From Octopus sinensis (taxonomy: Eukaryota), in the NCBI RefSeq assembly GCF_006345805.1, contig NC_043004.1:74028001-74092000 (forward strand): a stretch of DNA of 64,000 nucleotides. Reading direction: 5' to 3'. The notes beneath the pieces are model-generated. The model was not told the origin of the DNA, searched no databases, and was given only the letters and a program-made list of their open reading frames with translations. Below, one piece after another: positions 45,001-60,000 of the stretch; within the stretch, counting starts at the first letter, position 1; every line of letters starts with the position of its first letter. A program made the translations under genes and the position numbers.

Positions 45001-48000
45001 CATTACTTGCTGACCATTACTCTGGACATTATTAAGTAATCTCAGACGATGAAGTATATACGGTGGGAGCATCTAATTTAAGAAGGGAACCCAGCAATTA
45101 TAGAACCATTACTTGCTGACCATTACTCTGGATATTAAGTAACCTCAGAAGATGAAGTATATACGGTGGGACCATCTAATTTAAGAAGGGAACAGCAATT
45201 ATAGAACCATTACTTGCTGACCATTACTCTGGACATTATTAAGTAATCTCAGAAGATGAAGTATATACGGTGGGACCATCTAATTTAAGAAGGGAACAGC
45301 AATTATAGACCATTACTTGCTGACCATTACTCTGGACATTATTAAGTAATCTCAGAAGATGAAGTATAACGGTGGGACCATCTAATTTAAGAAGGGAACC
45401 CAGCAATTATAGAACCATTACTTGCTGACCATTACTCTGGACATATTAAGTAACTCAGAAATGAAGTATATACGGTGGGACCATCTAATTTAAGAAGGGA
45501 ACCAGCAATTATAGAACCATTACTTGCTGACCATTACTCTGGATATTAAGTAACCTCAGACGATGAAGTATATACGGTGGGACCATCTAATTTAAGAAGG
45601 GAACAGCAATTATAGAACCATTACTTGCTGACCATTACTCTGGACTTATTAAGTAATCTCAGAAATGAAGTATATACGGTGGGACCATCTAATTTAAGAA
45701 GGGAACAGCAATTATAGAACCATTACTTGCTGACCATTACTCTGGACATTATTAAGTAATCTCAGAAGATGAAGTATATACGGTGGGACCATCTAATTAA
45801 GAAGGGAACCCAGCAATTATAGAACCATTACTTGCTGACCATTACTCTGGACATTATTAAGTAATCTCAGAAGATGAAGTATATACGGTGGGACCATCTA
45901 ATTTAAGAAGGGAACCCAGCAATTATAGAACCATTACTTGCTGACCATTACTCTGGACATTATTAAGTAACCTCAGAAGATGAAGTATATACGGTGGGAC
46001 CATCTAATTTAAGAAGGGAACCCAGCAATTATAGAACCATTACTTGCTGACCATTACTCTGGACATATTAAGTAACTCAGAAAATGAAGTATGTACGGTG
46101 GGACCATCTAATTAAGAAGGGAACCCAGCAATTATAGAACCATTACTTGCTGACCATTACTCTGGACATTATTAAGTAATCTCAGAAGATGAAGTATAAA
46201 CGGTGGGACCATCTAATTTAAGAAGGGAACCAGCAATTATAGAACCATTACTTGCTGACCATTACCTGGACATTATTAAGTAACCCAGTAGATGAAGTAT
46301 ATACGGTGGGACCATCTAATTTAAGAAGGGAACCCAGCAATTATAGAACCATTACTTGCTGACCATTACTCTGGACAATATTAAGTAACCTCAGAAATGA
46401 AGTATATACGGTGGGACCATCTAATTTAAGAAGGGAACCTAGCAATTATAGAACCATTACTTGCTGACCATTACTCTGGACATTATTAAGTAATCTCAGA
46501 AGATGAAGTATAAACGGTGGGACCATCTAATTTAAGAAGGGAACCTAGCAATTATAGAACCATTACTTGCTGACCATTACTCTGGACATTATTAAGTAAT
46601 CTCAGAAGATGAAGTATAAACGGTGGGACCATCTAATTTAAGAAGGGAACCAAGCAATTATAGAACCATTACTTGCTGACCATTACTCTGGACATTATTA
46701 AGTAATCTCAGAAGATGAAGTATATACGGTGGGACCATCTAATTTAAGAAGGGAACCCAGCAATTATAGAACCATTACTTGCTGACCATTACTCTGGACA
46801 TTATTAAGTAATCTCAGAAGATGAAGTATATACGGTGGGACCATCTAATTTAAGAAGGGAACCCAGCAATTATAGAACCATTACTTGCTGACCATTACTC
46901 TGGACATTATTAAGTAATCTCAGAAGATGAAGTATATACGGTGGGACCATCTAATTTAAGAAGGGAACCTAGCAATTATAGAACCATTACTTGCTGACCA
47001 TTACTCTGGACATTATTAAGTAATCTCAGAAGATGAAGTATAAACGGTGGGACCATCTAATTTAAGAAGGGAACCCAGCAATTATAGAACCATTACTTGC
47101 TGACCATTACTCTGGACATTATTAAGTAATCTCAGAAGATGAAGTATATACGGTGGGACCATCTAATTTAAGAAGGGAACCCAGCAATTATAGAACCATT
47201 ACTTGCTGACCATTACTCTGGACATTATTAAGTAATCTCAGAAGATGAAGTATATACGGTGGGACCATCTAATTTAAGAAGGGAACCCAGCAATTATAGA
47301 ACCATTACTTGCTGACCATTACTCTGGACATTATTAAGTAACCTCAGAAGATGAAGTATATACGGTGGGACCATCTAATTTAAGAAGGGAACAGGCAATT
47401 ATAGAACCATTACTTGCTGACCATTACTCTGGACATTATTAAGTAATCTCAGAAGATGAAGTATATACGGTGGGACCATCTAATTTAAGAAGGGAACAGG
47501 CAATTATAGAACCATTACTTGCTGACCATTACTCTGGACATTATTAAGTAATCTCAGAAGATGAAGTATAAACGGTGGGACCATCTAATTTAAGAAGGGA
47601 ACCCAGCAATTATAGAACCATTACTTGCTGACCATTACTCTGGATATTAAGTAACCTCAGACGATGAAGTATATACGGTGGGACCATCTAATTTAAGAAG
47701 GGAACCCAGCAATTATAGAACCATTGCTTGCTGACCATTAGGCTGGGCTTTATTAAGTAATCTCAGAAGATGAAGTATATACGGTGGGACCATCTAATTT
47801 AAGAAGGGAACCGGCAATTATAGACCCATTACTTGCTGACCATTACTCTGGACATTATTAAGTAACCTCAGAAGATGAAGTATATACGGTGGGACCATCT
47901 AATTTAAGAAGGGAACCCAGCAATTATAGAACCATTACTCTGGACATTATTAAGTAACCTCAGAAGATGAAGTATAAACGGTGGGACCATCTAATTTAAG

Positions 48001-51000
48001 AAGGGAACCCAGCAATTATAGAACCATTACTTGCTGACCATTACCCTGGACGTTATTAAGTAACCCAGAGATGAAGTATATACGGTGGGACCATCTAATT
48101 TAAGAAGGGAACCCAGCAATTATAGAACCATTACTTGCTGACCATTACTCTGGACATTATTAAGTAATCTCAGAAGATGAAGTATATACGGTGGGACCAT
48201 CTAATTTAAGAAGGGAACCCAGCAATTATAGAACCATTACTTGCTGACCATTACTCTGGATATTAAGTAACCTCAGAAGATGAAGTATATACGGTGGGAC
48301 CATCTAATTTAAGAAGGGAACAGGCAATTATAGAACCATTACTTGCTGACCATTACTCTGGACTTTATTAAGTAATCTCAGAAATGAAGTATATACGGTG
48401 GGACCATCTAATTTAAGAAGGGAACAGCAATTATAGAACCATTACTTGCTGACCATTACTCTGGACATTATTAAGTAATCTCAGAAGATGAAGTATAACG
48501 GTGGGACCATCTAATTTAAGAAGGGAACCCAGCAATTATAGAACCATTACTTGCTGACCATTACTCTGGACATTATTAAGTAACCTCAGAAGATGAAGTA
48601 TATACGGTGGGACCATCTAATTTAAGAAGGGAACAGGCAATTATAGAACCATTACTTGCTGACCATTACTCTGGACATTATTAAGTAATCTCAGAAGATG
48701 AAGTATATACGGTGGGACCATCTAATTTAAGAAGGGAACAGGCAATTATAGAACCATTACTTGCTGACCATTACTCTGGACATTATTAAGTAATCTCAGA
48801 AGATGAAGTATATACGGTGGGAGCATCTAATTTAAGAAGGGAACCCAGCAATTATAGAACCATTACTTGCTGACCATTACTCTGGATATTAAGTAACCTC
48901 AGACGATGAAGTATATACGGTGGGACCATCTAATTTAAGAAGGGAACAGGCAATTATAGAACCATTACTTGCTGACCATTACTCTGGGCTTTATTAAGTA
49001 ATCTTAGAAGATGAAGTATATACGGTGGGACCATCTAATTTTAGAAGGGAACAGGCAATTATAGACCCATAACTTGCTGACCATTACTATGGACATTATT
49101 AAGTAATCTCAGAAGATGAAGTATAAACGGTGGGACCATCTAATTTAAGAAGGGAACAGGCAATTATAGAACCATTACTTGCTGACCATTACTCTGGATA
49201 TTAAGTAACCTCAGACGATGAAGTATATACGGTGGGACCATCTAATTTAAGAAGGGAACCCAGCAATTATAGAACCATTACTTGCTGACCATTACTCTGC
49301 ACATTATTAAGTAATCTCAGAAGATGAAGTATAACGGTGGGACCATCTAATTTAAGAAGGGAACCCAGCAATTATAGAACCATTACTTGCTGACCATTAC
49401 TCTGGACATTATTAAGTAATCTCAGAAGATGAAGTATATACGGTGGGACCATCTAATTTAAGAAGGGAACCCAGCAATTATAGAACCATTACTTGCTGAC
49501 CATTACTCTGGACATTATTAAGTAATCTCAGAAGATGAAGTATATACGGTGGGACCATCTAATTTAAGAAGGGAACCCAGCAATTATAGAACCATTACTT
49601 GCTGACCATTACTCTGGACATTATTAAGTAACCTCAGAAGATGAAGTATATACGGTGGGACCATCTAATTTAAGAAGGGAACAGGCAATTATAGAACCAT
49701 TACTTGCTGACCATTACTCTGGACATTATTAAGTAATCTCAGAAGATGAAGTATATACGGTGGGACCATCTAATTTAAGAAGGGAACAGGCAATTATAGA
49801 ACCATTACTTGCTGACCATTACTCTGGACATTATTAAGTAATCTCAGAAGATGAAGTATAAACAGTGGGACCATCTAATTTAAGAAGGGAACCCAGCAAT
49901 TATAGAACCATTACTTGCTGACCATTACTCTGGATATTAAGTAACCTCAGACGATGAAGTATATACGGTGGGACCATCTAATTTAAGAAGGGAACCCAGC
50001 AATTATAGAACCATTACTTGCTGACCATTACTCTGGACATTATTAAGTAACCTCAGAAGATGAAGTATATACGGTGGGACCATCTAATTTAAGAAGGGAA
50101 CCCAGCAATTATAGAACCATTACTTGCTGACCATTACTCTGGATATTAAGTAACCTCAGAAGATGAAGTATATACGGTGGGACCATCTAATTTAAGAAGG
50201 GAACAGGCAATATAGAACCATTACTTGCTGACCATTACTCTGGACATTATTAAGTAATCTCAGAAGATGAAGTATATACGGTGGGACCATCTAATTTAAG
50301 AAGGGAACAGCAATTATAGAACCATTACTTGCTGACCATTACTCTGGACATTATTAAGTAATCTCAGAAGATGAAGTATATACGGTGGGACCATCTAATT
50401 TAAGAAGGGAACCCAGCAATTATAGAACCATTACTTGCTGACCATTACTCTGGATATTAAGTAACCTCAGAAGATGAAGTATATACGGTGGGACCATCTA
50501 ATTTAAGAAGGGAACAGGCAATTATAGAACCATTACTTGCTGACCATTACTCTGGGCTTTATTAAGTAATCTCAGAAATGAAGTATATACGGTGGGACCA
50601 TATAATTTAAGAAGGGAACAGTCAATTATAGACCCATTACTTGCTGACCATTACTCTGGACATTATTAAGTAATCTCAGAAGATGAAGTATATACGGTGG
50701 GACCATCTAATTAAAGAAGAGAACCCGGCAATTATAGAACCATTAATTGCTGACCATTACTCTGGATATTATTAAGTAATCTCAGAAGATGTAGTATATA
50801 CGGTGGGACCATCTAATTTAAGAAGGGAACCCAGCAATTATAGAACCATTACTTGCTGACCAGTACCCTGGACGTTATTAAGTAACCCCAGTAGATGAAG
50901 TATATACGGTGGGACCATCTAATTTAAGAAGGGAACCCAGCAATTATAGAACCATTACTTGCTGACCATTACTCTGACAATATTAAGTAACTCAGAAATG

Positions 51001-54000
51001 AAGTATATACGGTGGGACCATATAATTAAGAAGGGAACCCAGCAATTATAGAACCATTACTTGCTGACCATTACTCTGGACATTATTAAGTAATCTCAGA
51101 AGATGAAGTATAAACGGTGGGACCATCTAATTTAAGAAGGGAACCCAGCAATTATAGAACCATTACTTGCTGACCATTACTCTGGACATTATTAAGTAAC
51201 CCAGAAGATGAAGTATATACGGTGGGACCATCTAATTTAAGAAGGGAACCCAGCAATTATAGAACCATTACTTGCTGACCATTACTCTGGACAATATTAA
51301 GTAACCTCAGAAAATGAAGTATGTACGGTGGGACCATCTAATTTAAGAAGGGAACCCAGCAATTATAGAACCATTACTTGCTGACCATTACTCTGGACAT
51401 TATTAAGTAATCTCAGAAGATGAAGTATATACGGTGGGACCATCTAATTTAAGAAGGGAACCTAGCAATTATAGAACCATTACTTGCTGACCATTACTCT
51501 GGACATTATTAAGTAATCTCAGAAGATGAAGTATAAACGGTGGGACCATCTAATTTAAGGAGGGAACCAAGCAATTATAGAACCATTACTTGCTGACCAT
51601 TACTCTGGATATTATTAAGTAATCTCAGAAGATGAAGTATATACGGTGGGACCATCAAATTTAAGAAGGGAACCAGCAATTATAGAACCATTACTTGCTG
51701 ACCATTACTCTGGACATTATTAAGTAACCTCAGAAGATGAAGTATATACGGTGGGACCAACTAATTTAAGAAGGGAACCCAGCAATTATAGAACCATTAC
51801 TTGCTGACCATTACTCTGGACATTATTAAGTAATCTCAGAAGATGAAGTATATACGGTGGGACCATCTAATTTAAGAAGGGAACCAGCAATTATAGAACC
51901 ATTACTTGCTGACCATTACTCTGGACATTATTAAGTAATCTCAGAAGATGAAGTATAAACGGTGGGACCATCTAATTTAAGAGGGAACCCAGCAATTATA
52001 GAACCATTACTTGCTGACCATTACTCTGGACATTATTAAGTAATCTCAGAAGATGAAGTATATACGGTGGGACCATCTAATTTAAGAAGGGAACCCAGCA
52101 ATTATAGAACCATTACTTGCTGACCATTACTCTGGACATTATTAAGTAATCTCAAAGATGAAGTATATACGGTGGGACCATCTAATTTAAGAAGGGAACC
52201 CAGCAATTATAGAACCATTACTTGCTGACCATTACTCTGGACATTATTAAGTAACCTCAGAAGATGAAGTATATACGGTGGGACCATCTAATTTAAGAAG
52301 GGAACAGGCAATTATAGAATCATTACTTGCTGACCATTACTCTGGACATTATTAAGTAATCTCAGAAGATGAAGTATATACGGTGGGACCATCTAATTTA
52401 AGAAGGGAACAGGCAATTATAGAACCATTACTTGCTGACCATTACTCTGGACATTATTAAGTAATCTCAGAAGATGAAGTATAAACGGTGGGACCATCTA
52501 ATTTAAGAAGGGAACCCAGCAATTATAGAACCATTACTTGCTGACCATTACTCTGGATATTAAGTAACCTCAGAAGATGAAGTATATACGGTGGGACCAT
52601 CTAATTTAAGAAGGGAACAGGCAATTATAGAACCATTACTTGCTGACCATTACTCTGGACATTATTAAGTAACCTCAGAAGATGAAGTATATACGGTGGG
52701 ACCATCTAATTTAAGAAGGGAACCCGGCAATTATAGAACATTACTTGCTGACCATTACTCTGGACATTATTAAGTAATCTCAGAAGATGAAGTATATACG
52801 GTGGGACCATCTAATTTAAGAAGGGAACCCAGCAATTATAGAACCATTACTTGCTGACCATTACTCTGGCTTATTAAGTAATCTCAGAAGATGAAGTATA
52901 TACGGTGGGACCATCTAATTTAAGAAGGGAACCGACAATTATAGAACCCATTACTTGCTGACCATTACTCTGGACATTATTAAGTAACCTCAGAAGATGA
53001 AGTATATACGGTGGGACCATCTAATTTAAGAAGGGAACCCAGCAATTATAGAACCATTACTCTGGACATTATTAAGTAACCTCAGAAGATGAAGTATATA
53101 CGGTGGGACCATCTAATTTAAGAAGGGAACAGCAATTATAGAACCATTACTTGCTGACCATTACTCTGGACATTATTAAGTAACCTCAGAAGATGAAGTA
53201 TATACGGTGGGACCATCTAATTTAAGAAGGGAACAGGCAATTATAGAACCATTACTTGCTGACCATTACTCTGGACATTATTAAGTAATCTCAGAAGATG
53301 AAGTATAAACGGTGGGACCATCTAATTTAAGAAGGGAACCCAGCAATTATAGAACCATTACTTGCTGACCATTACTCTGGATATTAAGTAACCTCAGACG
53401 ATGAAGTATATACGGTGGGACCATCTAATTTAAGAAGGGAACAGGCAATTATAGAACCATTACTTGCTGACCATTACTCTGGACGTTATTAAGTAACCTC
53501 AGAAGATGAACTATATACGGTAGGACCATCTAATTTAAGAAGAGAACCCGGCAATTATAGATACATTACTTGCTGACCATTACTCTGGACATTATTAAGT
53601 AATCTCTGAAGATGAAGTATGTACGGTGGGACCATCTAATTGAAGAAGGGAACCCAGCAATTATAGAACCATTACTTGCTGACCATTACTCTGGCTTATT
53701 AAGTAATCTCAGAAGATGAAGTATATACGGTGGGACCATCTAATTTAAGAAGGAACCGACAATTATAGAACCATTACTTGCTGACCATTACTCTGGACAT
53801 TATTAAGTAACCTCAGAAGATGAAGTATATACGGTGGGACCATCTAATTTAAGAAGGGAACCCAGCAATTATAGAACCATTACTCTGGACATTATTAAGT
53901 AACCTCAGAAGATGAAGTATAACGGTGGGACCATCTAATTTAAGAAGGGAACAGTCAATTATAGAACCATTACTTGCTGACCATTACTCTGGACATTATT

Positions 54001-57000
54001 AAGTAACCTCAGAAGATGAAGTATATACGGTGGGACCATCTAATTTAAGAAGGGAACCCAGCAATTATAGAACCATTACTTGCTGACCATTACTCTGGAC
54101 ATTATTAAGTAACTCAGAAGATGAAGTATTTACGGTGGGACCATCTAATTTAAGAAGGGAACCCAGCAATTATAGAACCATTACTTGCTGACCATTACTC
54201 TGGACATATTAAGTAACCTCAGAAATGAAGTATATATGGTGGGACCATCTAATTAAGAAGGGAACCCAGCAATTATAGAACCATTACTTGCTGACCATTA
54301 CTCTGGACATTATTAAGTAATCTCAGACGATGAAGTATATACGGTGGGACCATCTAATTTAAGAAGGGAACACAGCAATTATAGAACCATTACTTGCTGA
54401 CCATTACTCTGGATATTAAGTAACCTCAGACGATGAAGTATATACGGTGGGACCATCTAATTTAAGAAGGGAACAGGCAATTATAGAACCATTACTTGCT
54501 GACCATTACTCTGGACTTTATTAAGTAATCTCAGAAATGAAGTATATACGGTGGGACCATCTAATTTAAGAAGGGAACAGCAATTATAGACCCATTACTT
54601 GCTGACCATTACTCTGGACATTATTAAGTAATCTCAGAAGATGAAGTATATACGGTGGGACCATCTAATTTAAGAAGGGAACAGGCAATTATAGAACCAT
54701 TACTTGCTGACCATTACTCTGGACATTATTAAGTAACCTCAGAAGATGAAGTATATACGGTGGGACCATCTAATTAAGAAGGAACCCGGCAATTATAGAA
54801 CCATTACTTGCTGACCATTACTCTGGATTATTAAGTAATCTCAGAAGATGAAGTATATACGGTGGGACCATCTAATTTAAGAAGGGAACCCAGCAATTAT
54901 AGAACCATTACTTGCTGACCATTACTCTGGACTTTATTAAGTAATCTCAGAAGATGAAGTATATACGGTGGGACCATCTAATTTAAGAAGAGAACCGGCA
55001 ATTATAGACCCATTACTTGCTGACCATTACTCTGGACATTATTAAGTAACCTCAGAAGATGAAGTATATACGGTGGGACCATCTAATTTAAGAAGGGAAC
55101 CAAGCAATTATAGAACCATTACTTGCTGACCATTACCTGGACGTTATTAAGTAACACAGAGATGAAGTATTACGGTGGGACCATCTAATTTAAGAAGGGA
55201 ACCCAGCAATTATAGAACCATTACTTGCTGACCATTACTCTGGACATATTAAGTACCTCAGAAATGAAGTATGTATGGTGGGACCATATAAATTAAGAAG
55301 GGAACCCAGCAATTATAGAACCATTACTTGCTGACCATTACTCTGGACATTATTAAGTAATCTCAGACGATGAAGTATATACGGTGGGAGCATATAATTT
55401 AAGAAGGGAACACAGCAATTATAGAACCATTACTTGCTGACCATTACTCTGGATATTAAGTAACCTCAGACGATGAAGTATATACGGTGGGACCATCTAA
55501 TTTAAGAAGGGAACAGGCAATTATAGAACCATTACTTGCTGACCATTACTCTGGGCTTTATTAAGTAATCTTAGAAAATGAAGTATATACGGTGGGACCA
55601 TATAATTTAAGAAGGGAACAGTCAATTATAGACCCATTACTTGCTGACCATTACTCTGGACATTATTAAGTAATCTCAGAAGATGAAGTATATACGGTGG
55701 GACCATCTAATTTAAGAAGGGAACAGGCAATTATAGAACCATTACTTGCTGACCATTACTCTGGACATTATTAAGTAACCTTAGAAGATGAAGTATATAC
55801 GGTGGGACCATCTAATTAAAGAAGAGAACCCGGCAATTATAGAACCATTACTTGCTGACCATTACTCTGGATATTATTAAGTAATCTCAGAAGATGAAGT
55901 ATATACGGTGGGACCATCTAATTTAAGAAGGGAACCCAGCAATTATAGAACCATTGCTTGCTGACCATTACGCTGGGCTTTATTAAGTAATCTCAGAAGA
56001 TGAATTATATACGGTGGGACCATCTAATTTAAGAAGAGAATCCGGCAATTATAGACCCATTACTTGCTGAACATTACTCTGGACATTATTAAGTAACCTC
56101 AGAAGATGAAGTATATACCGTGGGACCATCTAATTTAAGAAGGGAACCAAGCAATTATAAACCCATTACTCTGGACGTTATTAAGTAACCTCAGAAGATG
56201 AAGTATTTACGGTGGGACCATCTAATTTAAGAAGGGAACCCAGCAATTATAGAACCATTACTTGCTGACCATTACCCTGGACGTTATTAAGTAACCCCAG
56301 TAGATGAAGTATATACGGTGGGACCATCTAATTTAAGAAGGGAACCCAGCAATTATAGAACCATTACTTGCTGACCATTACTCAGGACAATATTAAGTAA
56401 CCTCAGAAAATGAAGTATGTACGGTGGGACCATATAAATTAAGAAGGGAACCCAGCAATTTTTGAACCATTACTTGCTGACCATTATTCTGGACATTATT
56501 AAGTAATCTCAGAAGATGAAGTATAAACGGTGGGACCATCTAATTTAAGAAGGGAACCTAGCAATTATAGAAATATTACTTGCTGACCATTACCCTGGAC
56601 ATTATTAAGTAACCCCAGTAGATGAAGTATATACGGTGGGACCATCTAATTTAAGAAGGGAACCTAGCAATTATAGAACCATTACTTGCTGACCATTACT
56701 CTGGACAATATTAAGTAACCTCAGAAAATGAAGTATGTACTGTGGGACCATATAATTTAAGAAGGGAACCCAGCAATTATAGAACCATTACTTGCTGACC
56801 ATACTCTGGATAGAAGATGAAGTATAAACGGTGGGACCATCTAATTTAAGAAGGGAACCTAGCAATTATAGAACCATTACTTGCTGACCATTACTCTGGA
56901 CATTATTAAGTAATCTCAGAAGATGAAGTATAAACGGTGGGACCATCTAATTTAAGGAGGGAACCAAGAAATTATAGAACCATTACTTGCTGACCATTAC

Positions 57001-60000
57001 TCTGGACATTATTAAGTAATCTCAGAAGATGAAGTATATACTGTGGGACCATCTAATTTAAGAAGGGAACGCAGCAATTATAGAACCATTAATTGCTGAT
57101 CATTACTCTGGACATTATTAAGTAATCTCAGAAGATGAAGTATAAACAGTGGGACCATCTAATTTAAGAAGGGAACCCAGCAATTATAGAACCATTACTT
57201 GCTGACCATTACTCTGGATATTAAGTAACCTCAGACGATGAAGTATATACGGTGGGACCATCTAATTTAAGAAGGGAACAGGCAATTATAGAACCATTAC
57301 TTGCTGACCATTACTCTGGGCTTTATTAAGTAATCTTAGAAGATGAAGTATATACGGTGGGACCATCTAATTTAAGAAGGGAACCCAGCAATTATAGAAC
57401 CATTACTTGCTGACCATTAATCTGGATATTAAGTAACCTCAGAAGATGAAGTATATAAGGTAGGACCATCTAATTTAAGAAGGGAACCCATCAATTATAG
57501 AACCATTGCTTGCTGACCATTACGCTGGGCTTTATTAAGTAATCTCAGAAGATGAAGTATATACGGTCGGACCATCTAATTTAAGAAGAGAATCCGGCAA
57601 TTTTAGACCCATTACTTGCTGACCATTACTCTGGACATTATTAAGTAACCTCAGAAGATGAAGTATATACGGTGGGACAATCTAATTTAAGAAGGGAACC
57701 CAGCAATTATAGAACCATTACTTGCTGACCATTACTCTGGACGTTATTAAGTAACCCCTGTAGATGAAGTATATACGGTGGGACCATCTAATTTAAGAAG
57801 GGAACCCAGCAATTATAGAACCATTACTTGCTGACCATTACTCAGGACAATATTAAGTAACCTCAGAAAATGAAGTATGTACGGTGGGACCATATAAATT
57901 AAGAAGGGAACCCAGCAATTTTAGAACCATTACTTGCTGACCATTATTCTGGACATTATTAAGTAATCTCAGAAGATGAAGTATAAACGGTGGGACCATC
58001 TAATTTAAGAAGGGAACCTAGCAATTATAGAAACATTACTTGCTGACCATTACCCTGGACATTATTAAGTAACCCCAGTAGATGAAGTATATATGGTGGG
58101 ACCATCTAATTTAAGAAGGGAACCCAGCAATTATAGAACCATTACTTGCTGACCATTACTCTGGACAATATTAAGTAACCTCAGAAAATGAAGTATGTAT
58201 GGTGGGACCATATAATTTAAGAAGGGAACCCAGCAATTATAGAACCATTACTTGCTGACCATTACTCTGGACATTATTAAGTAATCTCAGAAGATGAAGT
58301 ATAAACGGTGGGACCATCTAATTTAAGAAGGGAACCTAGCAATTATAGAACCATTACTTGCTGACCATTACTCTGGACATTATTAAGTAATCTCAGAAGA
58401 TGAAGTATATACTGTGGGACCATCTAATTTAAGAAGGGAACCCAGCAATTATAGAACCATTACTTGCTGACCATTACTCTGGACATTATTAAGTAATCTC
58501 AGAAGATGAAGTATATACGGTGGGACCAACTAATTTAAGAAGGGAACCCAGCAATTATAGAACCATTACTTGCTGACCATTACTCTGGACATTATTAAGT
58601 AATCTCAGAAGATGAAGTACATACGGTGGGACCATCTAATTTAAGAAGGGAACCCAGCAATTATAGAACCATTACTTGCTGACCATTACTCTGGACATTA
58701 TTAAGTAATCTCAGAAGATGAAGTATAAACGGTGGGACCATCTAATTTAAGGAGGGAACCCAGCAATTATAGAACCATTACTGCTGACCATTACTCTGGA
58801 CATTATTAAGTAATCTCAGAAGATGAAGTATATACGGTGGGACCATCCAATTTTAGTAGGGAACCCAGCAATTATAGAACCATTACTTGCTGACCATTAC
58901 TCTGGACATTATTAAATAATCTCAAAAGATGAAGTATATACGGTGGGACCATCTAATTTAAGAAGGGAACCCAGCAATTATAGAACCATTACTTGCTGAC
59001 CATTACTCTGGACATTATTATGTAATCTCAGAAGATGAAGTATAAACGGTGGGACCATCTAATTTAAGAAGGGAACAGGCAATTATAGAACCATTACTTG
59101 CTGACCATTACTCTGGACATTATTAAGTTACCTCAGAAGATGTAGTATATACGGTGGGACCATCTAATTTAAGAAGGGAACAGGCAATTATAGAACAATT
59201 ACTTGCTGACCATTACTCTGGACATTATTAAGTTACCTCAGAAGATGAATTATATACGGTGGGACCATCTAATTTAAGAAGGGAACAGGCAATTATAGAA
59301 TCATTACTTGCTGACCATTACTCTGGACATTATTAAGTAATCTCAGAAGATGAAGTATAAACGGTGGGACCATCTAATTTAAGAAGGGAACCCAGCAATT
59401 ATAGAACCATTACTTGCTGACCATTACTCTGGACATTAAATAACCTCAGACGATGAAGTATATACGGTGGGACCATCTAATTTTAGAAGGGAACAAGCAA
59501 TTATAGAACCATTACTTGCTGACCATTACTCTGGACATTATTAAGTTACCTCAGAAGATGAAGTATATATGGTGGGACCATGTAATTTAAGAAGGGAACA
59601 GGCAATTATAGAATCATTACTTGCTGACCATTACTCTGGACATTATTAAGTAATCTCAGAAGATGAAGTATATACGGTGGGACCATCTAATTTAAGAAGG
59701 GAACAGGCAATTATAGAACCATTACTTGCTGACCATTACTCTGGACATTATTAAGTTACCTCAGAAGATGAAGTATATATGGTGGGACCATCTAATTTAA
59801 GAAGGGAACAGGCAATTATAGAATCATTACTTGCTGACCATTACACTGGACATTATTAAGTAATCTCAGAAGATGAAGTATATACGGTGGGACCATCTAA
59901 TTTAAGAAGGGAACAGGCAATTATAGAACCATTACTTGCTGACCATTACTCTGGACATTATTAAGTAATCTCAGAAGATGAAGTATAAACAGTAGGACCA

